From Orbicella franksi (Eukaryota), in assembly GCA_964199315.1 (NCBI GenBank), contig OZ116707.1, positions 6,634,001-6,698,000 on the forward strand: a DNA stretch of 64,000 nt. The letters run 5' to 3'. Both the position numbers and the translations under genes were made by a program. Every line of letters starts with the position of its first letter. Within the stretch, counting starts at the first letter, position 1. This document shows, in pieces, positions 23,190 through 35,020 of the stretch. The notes beneath the pieces are model-generated. The model did not search any database, was not told the origin of the DNA, and saw nothing but the letters and a program-made list of their open reading frames with translations.

Positions 23190-25060
23190 AGAAAGCACAT
23201 GGACAAACATGGGGAGGAAAATTGGTGTCTATAGAATGACCGTTAAACAGGAAAGGTTGATCTTTTGTTGCCCCTTCTAGAAGATGGATTAGGTCCTGTT
23301 TGCCGAGATTAAGGTGGTGCGTTTGATTAAACCAGTCATTAGCAAATGCTTTGTCAGCAAGGATGTGTATTGTTTCTTCAAGGGGTACATTGGTGAACAA
23401 TGAGGAAACATCATAGGAAACCAAAACGTCACCGTCTTTGAGTGTCAATGAACGGACTTCGTTCACAAATTCGAAGGTGTCGGTTATCGTGTAATGATCA
23501 ATAGCAAGCGGTTTAAGCTTGTAATCTAACCATTTCGCCAGCACATAATTGTAAGTCTGTGTAGCTGACAAGATAGGTCACATAGCTAGCTTTTCCTTGT
23601 GTGTTTTGGGTAAACCGTAAAGGTGAGCTAACCTTGAGCCCGAAGGACGGACAGAGTCTGCAATCTCAGTAGGGAGAATTCGACGAACAAGTGAATCTAA
23701 GTCCTTCTCCTTTTGTAGGAGAGAGTGATAGCACTTGGGTGGTCTTCCGCTGCTTTTTGGTCTCATCGGGTTGACCGATCTAAATTTGGTGAGATTGTTT
23801 ATGGATGCTTCAGCTAGTAAGCGCAAGTATTCGTCCTTGTCCATGACAACAACACCAGATCCTTTGTCAGGTTTAGTTATGACAATGTCATCACGCTACT
23901 TCAATTGATGAATAGCTTTTAAGAGAGTGTTTGGAGGTTTAGGGCCTTTACGATGAATATAATTTAACGCCAAAGAACATAAAGTAGACACTGTAAGGTC
24001 ACGAAGATCTTCCGATAGGTTTGGCTCAAGTTTCCAATAAGCTTTCTCAAAGCTAGCTTTGACATCAATCGGGGATACACATTTAGGAATGGCAAACTTC
24101 AAGCCACAACAAAGCACAAGCTTTTGAAAAAAGGAGAGCTTGTAAGAAGAGATGTTAGTAATGTGCTCATCGACTAAAAACTATGCTGGATTGTGTGTTT
24201 CGACTTTCTTCTAACTGGACCTACTTCTCCGAAGAATGCGATTGTCTCAAGTTGTTGTTCTCCCGTCTTGAATACCCAGATGACTTAATTAATTCAACCA
24301 TAACACGCTTTATTGCCATCAAAGTTTCTGAACAACCTGTTCCTTCACCGACTGACAACAACAGTCCAGAGCCCGTTCGAATTGTCCTACCATTCAAAGA
24401 CCAAGCTTCAGCTGATTTTCTTCGCACGCAACTGAAAGATCTTAGTATGAAAACAACCACCATCCAACCTGTTTTCATCAGCCACAAGATTGAGCGAGAC
24501 CTGAAATCACGTGAAGTCAAGCTGCCAGTCATTAACCAACAGTCCCTTGGGTACCATTTTAAATGTGACCTGTGCGATGCAGGTTATGTTGGTTTTACGC
24601 GCCGGCACTTGCACCAACGCATCGATGAGCACAAAAACCCATCGTCATCAATTGGAAAACATTTTCGCGAGGAACATTCTTTGGCCCCTAAAGATCTTAC
24701 TAATAACTTTTCGATTTTAAAGAAATGTACAACCAAGTTTGACTGTCTTATTTTTGAAATGTTTTTTATTCATGAACTGAGACCAAGTCTCAATGTACAA
24801 TCTGACTCTATTCGTGCGGAAGTTTTTAAATAATCTTTTTTTTTTTATTAATTAGTTTTACATGTTTTTATTGTTTTAAGCACTACTTTGTAAATTCTTT
24901 TACATACTTTTTACATATTTTCACTTCATTAATAATTTTTCACACATTCTTACCTCTTTGTAGCTATATATATCTATGCAAATTTTACTTCTTACATCTT
25001 GCTTGATAATGACCGAAGAGCGGTCGAAACATCGCAAAATTTTACTGTTTATTTTTATTG
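23190..25060. mobile_element. Penelope-like element with inverted 5' part (minus) joined to RT-thumb/GIY-YIG 3' part (plus)
   Basis: Minus strand 24176->23190: LCCGLKFAIP, MDKDEYL, SRLAHLYGLPKTHK, SYDVSSLFTNVP. Plus strand 24183-24833: MLDCVFRLSS, YVGFTRRHLHQRIDEH, EMFFIHELRPSLN. AT-rich 3' UTR with a hammerhead motif. The YVDD region is missing. Confidence 0.9.
24999..25037 (+). ncRNA. Minimal type I hammerhead-ribozyme-like motif of the Penelope element (variant core)
   Basis: Stem I TTGC/GCAA; core TTGATAA plus one extra T; stem II GACCG-AAGAG-CGGTC; GAAAC; cleavage triplet ATC. It lies in the PLE 3' UTR, where such motifs are known. Confidence 0.7.
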
Positions 25061-25279
25061 TCAAATGTTTTAAAAAACCCTTACTGATAATAAAATATAG
25101 TACAATTTAAAATTTGAGTTCTTTGTGATCCTTATCTTGCAATAAATATTAATTTTATGCTTACAGTACATGAAGATAACAAAATCAGTATTAAATCTTT
25201 AAATGTAGAGACATTACTACTAGTGTTCACTTATTAATAATAGGGAAATAACCCTTTTTCAAATATTTCTAGGTAAAGA

Positions 25280-25375
25280 TGACATCGAGCTTGCCACAAA
25301 AGTAATGCAATTTGCATTGCTGACTGATCGTGGCTTTAGGTTTGCATTAGCACATTTTCTAGTGAGCAGCCTTAC
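25280..25375 (+). pseudogene. Short P-element/THAP9-like transposase RNase H fragment
   Basis: ELATKVMQFALLTDRGFRFALAHF resembles the LAT.V.QF....GFRF..AHF segment of P-like transposases. It is cut by a GGGGTCCA-rich insertion. Confidence 0.35.
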
Positions 25376-25404
25376 TCTCCCGCTACCCTTCTTGAGAAGT
25401 TTTG

Positions 25405-25500
25405 GGAGGGAGTGGAATGGGTCCAGATGGGGGTTCAGGAGGGGTCCAGAGGGGGTCCAGATGGGGTCCAAAAGGGGGTCCAGATTGAGGGGTCCATGTG
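25405..25500. repeat. GGGGTCCA-motif short tandem repeat
   Basis: About six imperfect GG(G)GTCCA copies. Confidence 0.8.
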
Positions 25501-27724
25501 TTGTACCAAACCCGTTTGAAATCCAAGAAGAGCCATGACTGCTGTAAGTGTTGTAGCATACAGATTTCTTTCAAAGCCCACCACAAAACATTCTGCCATT
25601 TTTGACGATATTAAGTGGAAAAATTTGTATCATCATACATGACGTATCTACTGAATTAAACAAGATAACTGCTGACTTTTCAACATCTAAGTTAAAGATG
25701 GCGAAGTGGTCGGCAGAGTGTTTTGTGATGGATTGCATGGAAAGCAATCTGTATGTTAAAACGGCAGTGATCACTCTCCCTGGATTTTAAACAGCCTTTT
25801 GAGTAGCTGTTTCAACAAACATTGATATCTCTGATGATGAAAGAGGGATGGCAATGGATGTTCTCTTTAAACCTCGAGTCAAAGCAACTGTGAACAGATG
25901 ACACAAAACTGGACATTTTGCAATCCAAGAATAAACAAAAGCACAAAATTGCATGTATGTAGTAATTATTTCTTGTTCCCATTCTATTTTATCCTTGAAA
26001 ACATAAGTTGAGGGAACTAATGCATTGAATCTTCTTCTGCCGCATTTTTTTCGATATCGTGACATGTAGCTCTGAAAATATATGAAAAAAATATCTCAAG
26101 TCCTTACCGCTGAATTTATACCGCAAATTGATAGGAAAATACCTAGGTAGATATTTCTTGTTGATTTTGAGTTAGGTTAAGACAGAAAAATGGCTTTTGT
26201 GTTTTAGTGGATGTTAATGAAATGGCCAAAAATCGTGAAGTCCTATCTAAACAGTACCCCAGCACAGAAAAAAATATTGAAGTCCCCTAACATTTTATAG
26301 CTTTTTTGAGAACTTTAGTGATTGCTCTCACTATCCATGTTATAATAATGTGTATTTGCTGTTGCCCAGTGCAGATATTTGCCATCAATTTAAGGCTATT
26401 CACAACACAACAAAATATGCACCTTACTTAAGTTGGAGCAATGGACAGAAATCAAATTGTCTAGTTCAAATGAATATCTGCACTTAGAGACTGATAATAG
26501 GAGAAGATGACCCAGTGGATCTCATTTTCACATGCCCCTTCTTGTAGTAGAAATACTAAATCAGACAGCTAATTAAATATACATAAATTAGTGACAAATG
26601 GCCATTTTTTTTTGGGGGGGGGGGGGTTTTCCCCTAACTTGAAGGGAATAAAATATTTTGACCTAAGTTTTTGCCATAATTATTTACTCACCGAACCCAA
26701 CATTTGTGCCAAGTTTGAGCAAAATCAGTTATTTGAGCTGTATCTCCTGCCTGGTTCTGCCTGTTTTTTTCATGCACACACTCTTAAATTTTCCATTGTA
26801 TTCAAGCCAGCACTTAAACCATTGCAATATGAAATATTAGACCAAAGCTGTTGCAAATTTTACATGGGATCTTAGTTTAAAATCCCCTCAAAGTTGACCT
26901 GTAAGATTTTCTGTATTGGCACTGAAGTTAGAGGAGCACCTGCAGGGGCCCAACGATTCAGAATTTAAGGCATGTTGTCTTGATTAGCCATCTCTCACAT
27001 TGTCATAACACTTTGAAAAGTGTTACTTTGAATTCTCATTTCTTTTCTGGTTAGTAAAGAGTGGGCACAGCACAAGGTAAAGCCTCTTGATCTGTGGAAG
27101 ACAGCACACATTTTCCAGGGTAAGGGGTGTAAAAAATAGATCCACCTCCACTCATACTTCCACAACCCATACTGTCAGTGGAGGTGGAGTCAACAGTTAT
27201 CATAACAATTCTTCCAGGGTAATGGCTCAGCCACCAACCAGTCCAACCTTGACACACACTAATGATACAGGTACAGGTAGATCAGGGGTTGGCTCTGGTA
27301 GGCATAGTGTGACGGATAAGAAGCCTTGCATTACGCATGTATCAAGTTAATTATTAGTAAGCTCTATAGTATTTTCTAAGTGAAACCGGATCGCTGTATT
27401 CAGGGAAGGAGAAAACGTACACAAGGTGTAGATTCAGCTAGAGGAGATATTTTGGAGATATTTTAGATATTTACTGTGTTACCTGCCCTAGAAGGATTAT
27501 AAGGATTATAACGTAAGTTCTTCATTCTTGGTTGTTTCTTTCACTTTATATCATTTTCTCTTGTTTGGTTATTTCGTTGCGTAATGCACATTTATGTAAT
27601 CTTAGTTCTCACCGCATACTTCAATTTAACAAGTAAACCAACAATCAAGAAACAGAAGTTGTGTGGTTGATCACGGCAAACTCCGGATCGATACTTATCA
27701 ACAAGGACTTGGTTCAGGAACGCG

Positions 27725-28520
27725 ACACATAACAAAGTAGGATCTCCACCCAGTATTCCTACATCAGCAGACACCATTACAACCAAGGCTGATTCTGTTA
27801 CCACGAGGTCAGGGATTGTGTCAGGTTGGTTTAACAGAGTAGGATCCCCACCCCTTTAATCATGGACACGCACTGTTACAACCAATGCTGTTACTGTTAC
27901 CACAGGGTCAGGAATTTTGTCAGGTAGGCATAACAGAGTAGGTTCTCCACCCTGAAATACATCAACATGCACTGTTACAACCAATGCTGATACTGTTACC
28001 ACGGGGTCAGGGATTGTGTCAGGCAGGTGTAATAGAGTAGGATCTCCACCCCGTAAAACTTGGACACACACTGTTACAACCAATACCGATATTGCTACCA
28101 AGGGGTCAGGGATTATGCCGGGTAGGTGTAATGGAGTAGGATCTCCACCCCGAAATACATCGACATGCACTGTTACAACCAATGTTGATACTGTTACCAC
28201 GGGGTCAGGGACTGTATCAGGTAAGCATAACGGAGTACATGTAGGATCTTCTCCCAGTATTCCTACATCAGATAACTTCATTGCAACCAATGTGGATACT
28301 GTTACCACGGGGTCAGGGATTGTATCTGGTAAGCATAACAAAGTACATGTAGGATCTTCTCCCAGTATTCGTACATCAGATGACTTCATTGCAACCAATG
28401 TGGATACTGTTAGCACGGGGTCAGGGATTGTATCTGGTAAGCTTAAAAGAGTACATGTAGGATCTCCTCCCAGTATTCCTGCATCAGCCAATACTGTTAC
28501 AACCAATGCTGATACTCCAA
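27725..28520. repeat. Coding-like tandem array, 8 copies of 99-108 bp
   Basis: GTAGG(A/T)TC anchors at about 27737, 27839, 27938, 28037, 28136, 28241, 28349 and 28457. All spacings are multiples of 3. Confidence 0.88.
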
Positions 28521-31189
28521 CTGGTCTCAAAACCAGTCTGACCAGTTTGACAGTGCTCCCTGATTGGTTCTCAGCCAAGTCTTTGTTTTTTCTCTATATA
28601 AGCGCGACATCACCCGGATGGCTGGGCGGTGAGTTAACTCCACTACAACAGACACATCCCTCCCAAAAACTCATTTATTACTCAATAATACAAGGCATAA
28701 AACAATAACACATGCATGTATAATTTATTTTTTCTCCACACTCCCCCACATTTACCTACACAACCTGCATCTCATCAAGCCAGTTCTGCCATCCTTATCT
28801 CATGAACTTAAGGCAAATGAAGTCTTGAATAAATTGGTCTATCCATCTGAGGTATACTACTAGAAAGGTCTTAAGTAATGTGACCTAGCTATTTCTATTA
28901 CTCAGGCTATTAAACAGGACCATTTTATAACACTCGCCATATTGGATGAAGATGTGCATGCAATACTAATATATTGAATTTTCCTTTTTTTTTTTTAAAT
29001 GTACAGCTTGGAAGTGTGGTGTGAACCTGTGATATGCAGCATGACCATACCATGTGCAACGTTTGTCTTAAGACAGCTCTGTCTGCGACATTCCCAATCT
29101 GCCTGCAGATCAGGGGATATTTGGAAAATTTGGGAAGGCCCACACCTGTACACAATCTTGTGTTAGTCTCTAATCATGGGTTTCCACATAATATGCCCTA
29201 ATGAATCCAAGTGCAAGTAGACTGGAAGGCTGGGAACTTTACAAAGCCACAGGAATGAATGTGAAATAGGGTGCCACCAAGATCAGTACCCACACAAGAA
29301 TGAATCCTGTGTTCATTGTCAAAAGAGAGAAAAAGCAGCAGAGATGGCAGTGCATCAGCATAAGCTGTCCAAACAACTGTGAAGAGTATATTTTAAGGTA
29401 TTTTTACCCTGGAGTTTTTGAAAGGAATAAATCAATTAGTGCAAAAATCAGTAAACAGTGAACTTTGGAAGTATTTATTAATGTTACTGTGTCAGAGGAA
29501 GAAGCCACTACTAAAGCAGGCAGCATTTAGACTCATACCTCAATGTATTAGAGAAGTGATGTAAAACTTGTTTCTATTGTAGGAATTTTCACTATAAATG
29601 AGCCTCAGTCATCCAGATATAAAACATTCAAATAACAAGTAAAACAAATGTATGAAAAATTTGGTTGCACTCTGATGCAAACTACAACAAGCTCTTGTTC
29701 CTTGATAGCTTCCCAAAATAGCAGGAAGCATAACAATCTCTCACATCTCCTTTGCAAGCAACCAAATATCACTTTTCATGACCATATCATTTCTGCTTCC
29801 TTTCTACAGTAATATATTTCATAATACACATGTAGTTCTACATTTCCCATTATGCAAATATATTTCTGGCCAAAAAGAGCTTTGAAAGCAACCCATGTTA
29901 TTACAATGCCTTTGTTGTGCAACATGACAGATAGTTAAGATCTACACCCAATTTTGTAAGTTTTGTGTTCCAACAAGGGATATCTACATACTGTAAAGTT
30001 TATATTTTCTTTCACAACTACATCATTTCTGTTGCCCACAAATAATGAACAAAGTGTACTTTATTTTGCTTATTTAACCTCTATTTCTGTTGTTTAGCAA
30101 TGGCCTCCAGTCAAGCCACACAAAATATACAGTGGTAGGAAAGAAAGAGCAATGGTAGAGCTTATGATAGCAGCAAGGATAGTGTTTTGGTACAGTTTCA
30201 CAAAGACGGTTGGAGTATTTCACATAAAATCTTTTAAGAGAGCAAGATGATCCCTTTCTAGCATACATCAACATCACAACGTTTGGTTCAGGTTTTGAAG
30301 AAATTCAATGAATTTGGCCAGTTTTGATAAAAAAAAAAATTCCATGTTGGACCAATATTTTCAAAGAATTTGGCCATCATGCATTGATGAAATGAAGCAA
30401 ATTTAGCTACAAAAACAATTTAGGGACATACTTGGTAAAATTTCTCTTCAACTGATTTGCTAGCCAATTTCCAATGGAAGTTTATTTTATTAATATAAAT
30501 GTGTCATTCTTGTGATTTCAGAGAATTGAGTTCATTACAAGCCAGAGAACAAATTATCAAGATCTCTTTGCCGAGCTGTGTTGTCCCTTGCCTTGCCATG
30601 TGTTGCCCATTTGCTGCTGGGGCAGTATGGTGTGTAAAGCTACCAAGAGATGTCAAAGATATATGCCCGTTGTACAACAACACAGTGGAGGGGTGTATGC
30701 CAGAAATTGACTGGGATGCAGTCATACAACACTTCAAAGCATCATTAATGACTGAATTTTCACTACTTTCAAGGATTTTAGTTTTTCCTATTTTGTTTCC
30801 ATTATGTTCACTGACTGAATTTTTCTTCCCCTGCTGTGATGTCTTTTTTTCTGTTTATGCTGCCTGCCACCATGTTTATTTACTGCACCATCAAGAATGG
30901 TCCACCTTTTTTAAATGCACCAAAATGCCTGCACATCCACAAGTATCTTTATTTCCACCGTCGCCAACATCACATCTTTCTGGCCTATCTCCATCATTTC
31001 CCCCCCATTTGCTTCTTCACCCTCGCTTATCTCTTTATCTCTATTTCAGCCACCTGCTACCTTTTTTATTTTATATTGCCTCTATCTTTTTTTCATACTT
31101 AAACTTGTTTTAAAAGGCTTTTTGGCAGGCAGTCTTCTGCTGATGACACCATAAGATTTACTACAAACTCTGTATTGTTTCCATCACTA

Positions 31190-31420
31190 CCAGAAGAACT
31201 CTCCTCACAGCCACCACATCATGAACTGCAGAAACCACCATCACAATCATGTGATGTCACTCACTCACCACCAGAAGAACTCTCCTCGCCACCACTACAT
31301 CATGAACAGCTGGGATCACCATCGCAATCACATGTTGTCACTAACTCACCACCAGAGGAACTCTCCTCACCGCCACTACATCATGAACAGCCAAAGTGAC
31401 AATCATGCAATGTCACTCAA
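31190..31420 (+). repeat. 81-bp (27-aa) tandem repeat, ~3 copies
   Basis: CCAGA(A/G)GAACTCTCCTC at 31190, 31271 and 31352; encodes PEELSSPPLHHEQ. Confidence 0.85.
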
Positions 31421-33849
31421 CCTCGACTCCACCACCACTGCCACCAGAGAAGAGTTATTCCCTTCTTTAAAAAAACACAAAGAACACTACACTCTATGCC
31501 ATTGCTGAGATTTGTTAACAACCACGTCACTTTTATTTTTGATGCATTTCTGCCATGAACACAATTCAAGTTGATGGTTTATATTTAAGTTACATTGCAC
31601 TACGAGATTCATGCGATTCTGAAATTCGCAGCAGGGTATGGGTTCTAATTTCCGGTGAGTTCTGTTTATGAGATTAAAAAATCTATCATCATGTGTACTT
31701 TGCGGTAATTTAGTCGTCACGCATCTCACGACCAGAGTTAGAGAAGAAGACCAGACAATTTTGACATTGTAGAAGATGCTCGTGCAGTGCAGATGGTTAA
31801 TTATTATTATGGCAGCGAAAATAACATTCGACATTGCATGAAATTCAAAGAAGGTTGAGAGCCGGAGAGAATGGCGGCATGTGAACCAGGTCCATATTCT
31901 CTTTGTCTCAAACAAGTGTTCGGACCTTCGCTCACTAATACTACAAGCTGGTATACTGTTTCGAGTGAATGGTCATAGTACTATATCAAGCACAGTGACC
32001 CCGTTTATCGGTGATATTGTCGAAGTATCGACCCACGACCTAGTCAATAACAATGGCACCAAGGTCCATCCATTGTGGTTTGGCTCGGGAAGGAAGAAAG
32101 ATACGGTGGTCGTTTCCACTCCTTTTGGCATTCTTGCTAAAGCAGTACGAGGGAAAAACCCACAAGACAATAAAGTAATCGGTTCATTGGAATTCAAAAT
32201 TATCAAAGATTTGATCAATTCTACTCCAATCGATGAAATGGCAGGAAGAAGTGAGATTCCCGCCATCTTGCCCGAAACGCCGCCAACTTCACCAGAAGAT
32301 ACACTTCCCAAAGTGATAAAGCCATGCAACATTGAATCGAGTCTGGCTATGAAGCAACTGTTCGAAGTCTTAAAAGAGTTTGAAATGTGCCAAATGGATC
32401 CTTGGCTGAAAATGAAGCGAGCGGGATTAGTTGCAAATGAATGTTTAGCCGTGTTACAGCAAGAACTGACTTCTTGTGTGCCTGATCTTGGGAAGGTCTT
32501 TGGTTATGGGTTGCTACACTGCACCAAGGATAACCAAAATTTTGTACGTGAGGTGATATCGACTGCTTTGGAAACAGTTGCCAAGTAACAGGGAATTAAA
32601 AAGGCATTTGGTACAATTTTATGTGAAGATATAGATACGAGGTATTTGGAATCGCTACAAGTTCCCCACTGGCTTCAGTTGTACGTGAAGTTGGCCATGA
32701 AACTTCCAAATCAATTGGGGCAAATGCTTCTGAATTTTCTCAATATTGGTCGTAGCAGGGTAAGTTTTATTTTTACAAGCTTTTTTTTATTTGTTGACAG
32801 TCCAGAAATCTTTTGTCTGTGCACTCAGGGAAGACTTGGAGGGAAGTGGGGTGGAGAAATATAAAAGGGTAGGAATTTGCAATGGGTATCACTTTGATCC
32901 TTTCATTTGCCCAAATCCCAGGTGAAAGTTACTTTTTATTCTCTAAGGATTCTGTAAAGCGATTTTCTGCATGATATTACGATGCAAATCACAAAAAAAA
33001 AATAACTCAAAGCAATGTTAATGCCTTCAGTGTTTACTGCACATTGTTGAATCATTTACTTTATGCAGAAGTTTTCCTCTATGCCAATATGGTATTGGCT
33101 TAAAAAGTTGTGCCATATTTTGTTTAATATTTTTGGCAAGTGGAATGTGTGACTGTAGTTGAGCACCTAAATAGATAACTCAAAGTTGTTCATTTTTCTC
33201 TACTTTTAAAAAGAAATCTACTGATGTGGGACTCCTGCTAACCACTAATCAGATTGGAGCCCAGAAAGATCTTGCCTTTTCGGTGACAAGAAATGTTTCA
33301 AACTGGAGCCACTTGCTGCAGAACTGAGAGGTTATGGGATCAGCCTCAAGATGGCACTAATCTGGCAGATAAGGCAAACCAGTTTGCATCAAGATATTTC
33401 ACGATCAGATGTGCTAGAGTTTAATCTGAAACTTGATGGACAACCTCTTTCAGGTATTTCAAGGAATTTTTGGTTAACTAGTTTGTTGCTGTCGAGCATT
33501 AGCAAGACAGCACACTATTCTTCTCTGTAGGGCGAAAAATCCAAAATTTTCTCGGACATAAGACTCGAAGCCTGCGCAGTTGAGTATTATCCGGGACAAT
33601 TGAAACGACAATCACACGCACATCACATGGCTGTCATATCATCTGGGATCCACACGTGAGATCACTTTGCACGTGAGAAATCCTCGCATGCTGTCAGATG
33701 CTTTCGACTTTCGAATCTTTCGTATGCTGTCAGTTGTTTGACCAGACATATTCCACTTTCAAATCTTTCGTACACTGTCAGTTGTTTGACGTTGCCATCA
33801 TACAAGTAGATAAGTATTTTCTGAATGTTTTCATTTATTCGATTGCAGC

Positions 33850-34405
33850 TGTCTTTTGGCAGGAATGGGTGGATGGTGTTGAGGTTGACAAAACCTACAT
33901 ATTTAAGAATTTGAGAGTAAAGAAAAACAATTACACAGAGGAAATTTATGCCAATACAGCTAAGGAAGGCTTTCATTACCAAGAAACGGATGCCTTCTTA
34001 GAACTAGCAGAGACTGAACCAACAATGATGGAAATGACCACTAAAGATACCACAATATCCATCATTGGTATTAAAACTGTTTCATGCTACTACACCTGTA
34101 ATGCCTGCGGAAAGACAACCAAACTGACAGGCAAATTACTAAAGTGTGGATCATGCAAACTTAAACAAAGGATCACTCCTGAGAGCAAACACTGGTTTGT
34201 GAGACTTTTTGTAAAAGACACAACCACCAACAACAAATTTTACCTGTCTGTCTCTCACCAGCAGCTGGTGAAACTGTTCGATGCTTCGCAACAAAAAATG
34301 CACGCTGCCCTCACAGAGGATGATCTAACTGACATTCTTCTCGAGATGGATGATTTAAACATTACTTTAAACCTAGCTGACAATAAATTGCTTCATGTAA
34401 ATTAG
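33850..34405 (+). CDS. RPA70-like OB-fold fragment with C4 zinc finger (probably a terminal exon or 5'-truncated)
   Basis: WQEWVDGVEVDKTYIFKNLRVK, YYTCNACGK...KCGSCKLKQ and WFVRLFVKD fit ssDNA-binding OB-folds of the RPA1 type. Candidate acceptor ttcgattgcag at 33849. Lies within the ORF-track frame 33698-34405. Confidence 0.65.
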
Positions 34406-34579
34406 ATATGAGGACTATAACAACAGAAAACAGGTTCCTTCAATCTTAAAAAACTGTTTTCTTCCAATGTACTATGATGATGTAGAAAACTTACTGTCAA
34501 TAATGATTTTTATTTGCATTTTTTCATTTATCTAATTAAATTTAAAATTCATTACAAAGTTAACATCTAAAAAAAATCA

Positions 34580-35020
34580 CCCACTGGATATTGGTTGATT
34601 ATATTTCATACAGATGTAGGAAGAAATTTTAATCCTACTTACTACTGATTTACTAAGTATCTTTGCCAAAACCTTTTTGCCAAGAATTTATTGTTCAAAG
34701 TAGACATATTTTTATAGTTACAGTTATTGTTCACATTAAAAAGAAACTCTACTGGCTAATTTACTAAGTACCTTTCCCAAAACCCTTTTGCAAATAAATC
34801 ATTGTTCAAGGTAGACATATTTTTATAGTTACTGTTATTGTTACCCACTGAATATTGGTTGATTATATTTCATACAGATATAGGAAGAAATTTTAATCCT
34901 GCTTACTACTGATTTACTAAGTATCTTTGCCAAAACCCTTTTGCAAAGAATTCATTGTTCAAGTTAGGCATATTTTTATAGTTACTGTTATCGTTCACAT
35001 TGAAAAGGAATTACTCCAGT
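34580..35020. repeat. Compound tandem duplication (~260-bp and ~90-bp units)
   Basis: CCACTG..ATATTGGTTGATTATATTTCATACAGAT occurs twice. ATTTACTAAGTA..TTTGCCAAAACC..TTGTTCAA..TAGACATATTTTTATAGTTAC occurs three times. Confidence 0.8.

Noticed and set aside
8460-24833. The two Penelope fragments as halves of one split element
   Set aside because: They overlap in the RT N-terminal region and differ substantially in sequence, so they are independent insertions.
28930-30750. Cys-rich readings suggesting a KDZ/CxC transposase or KolX-like relic
   Set aside because: No frame gave a diagnostic motif I could defend.
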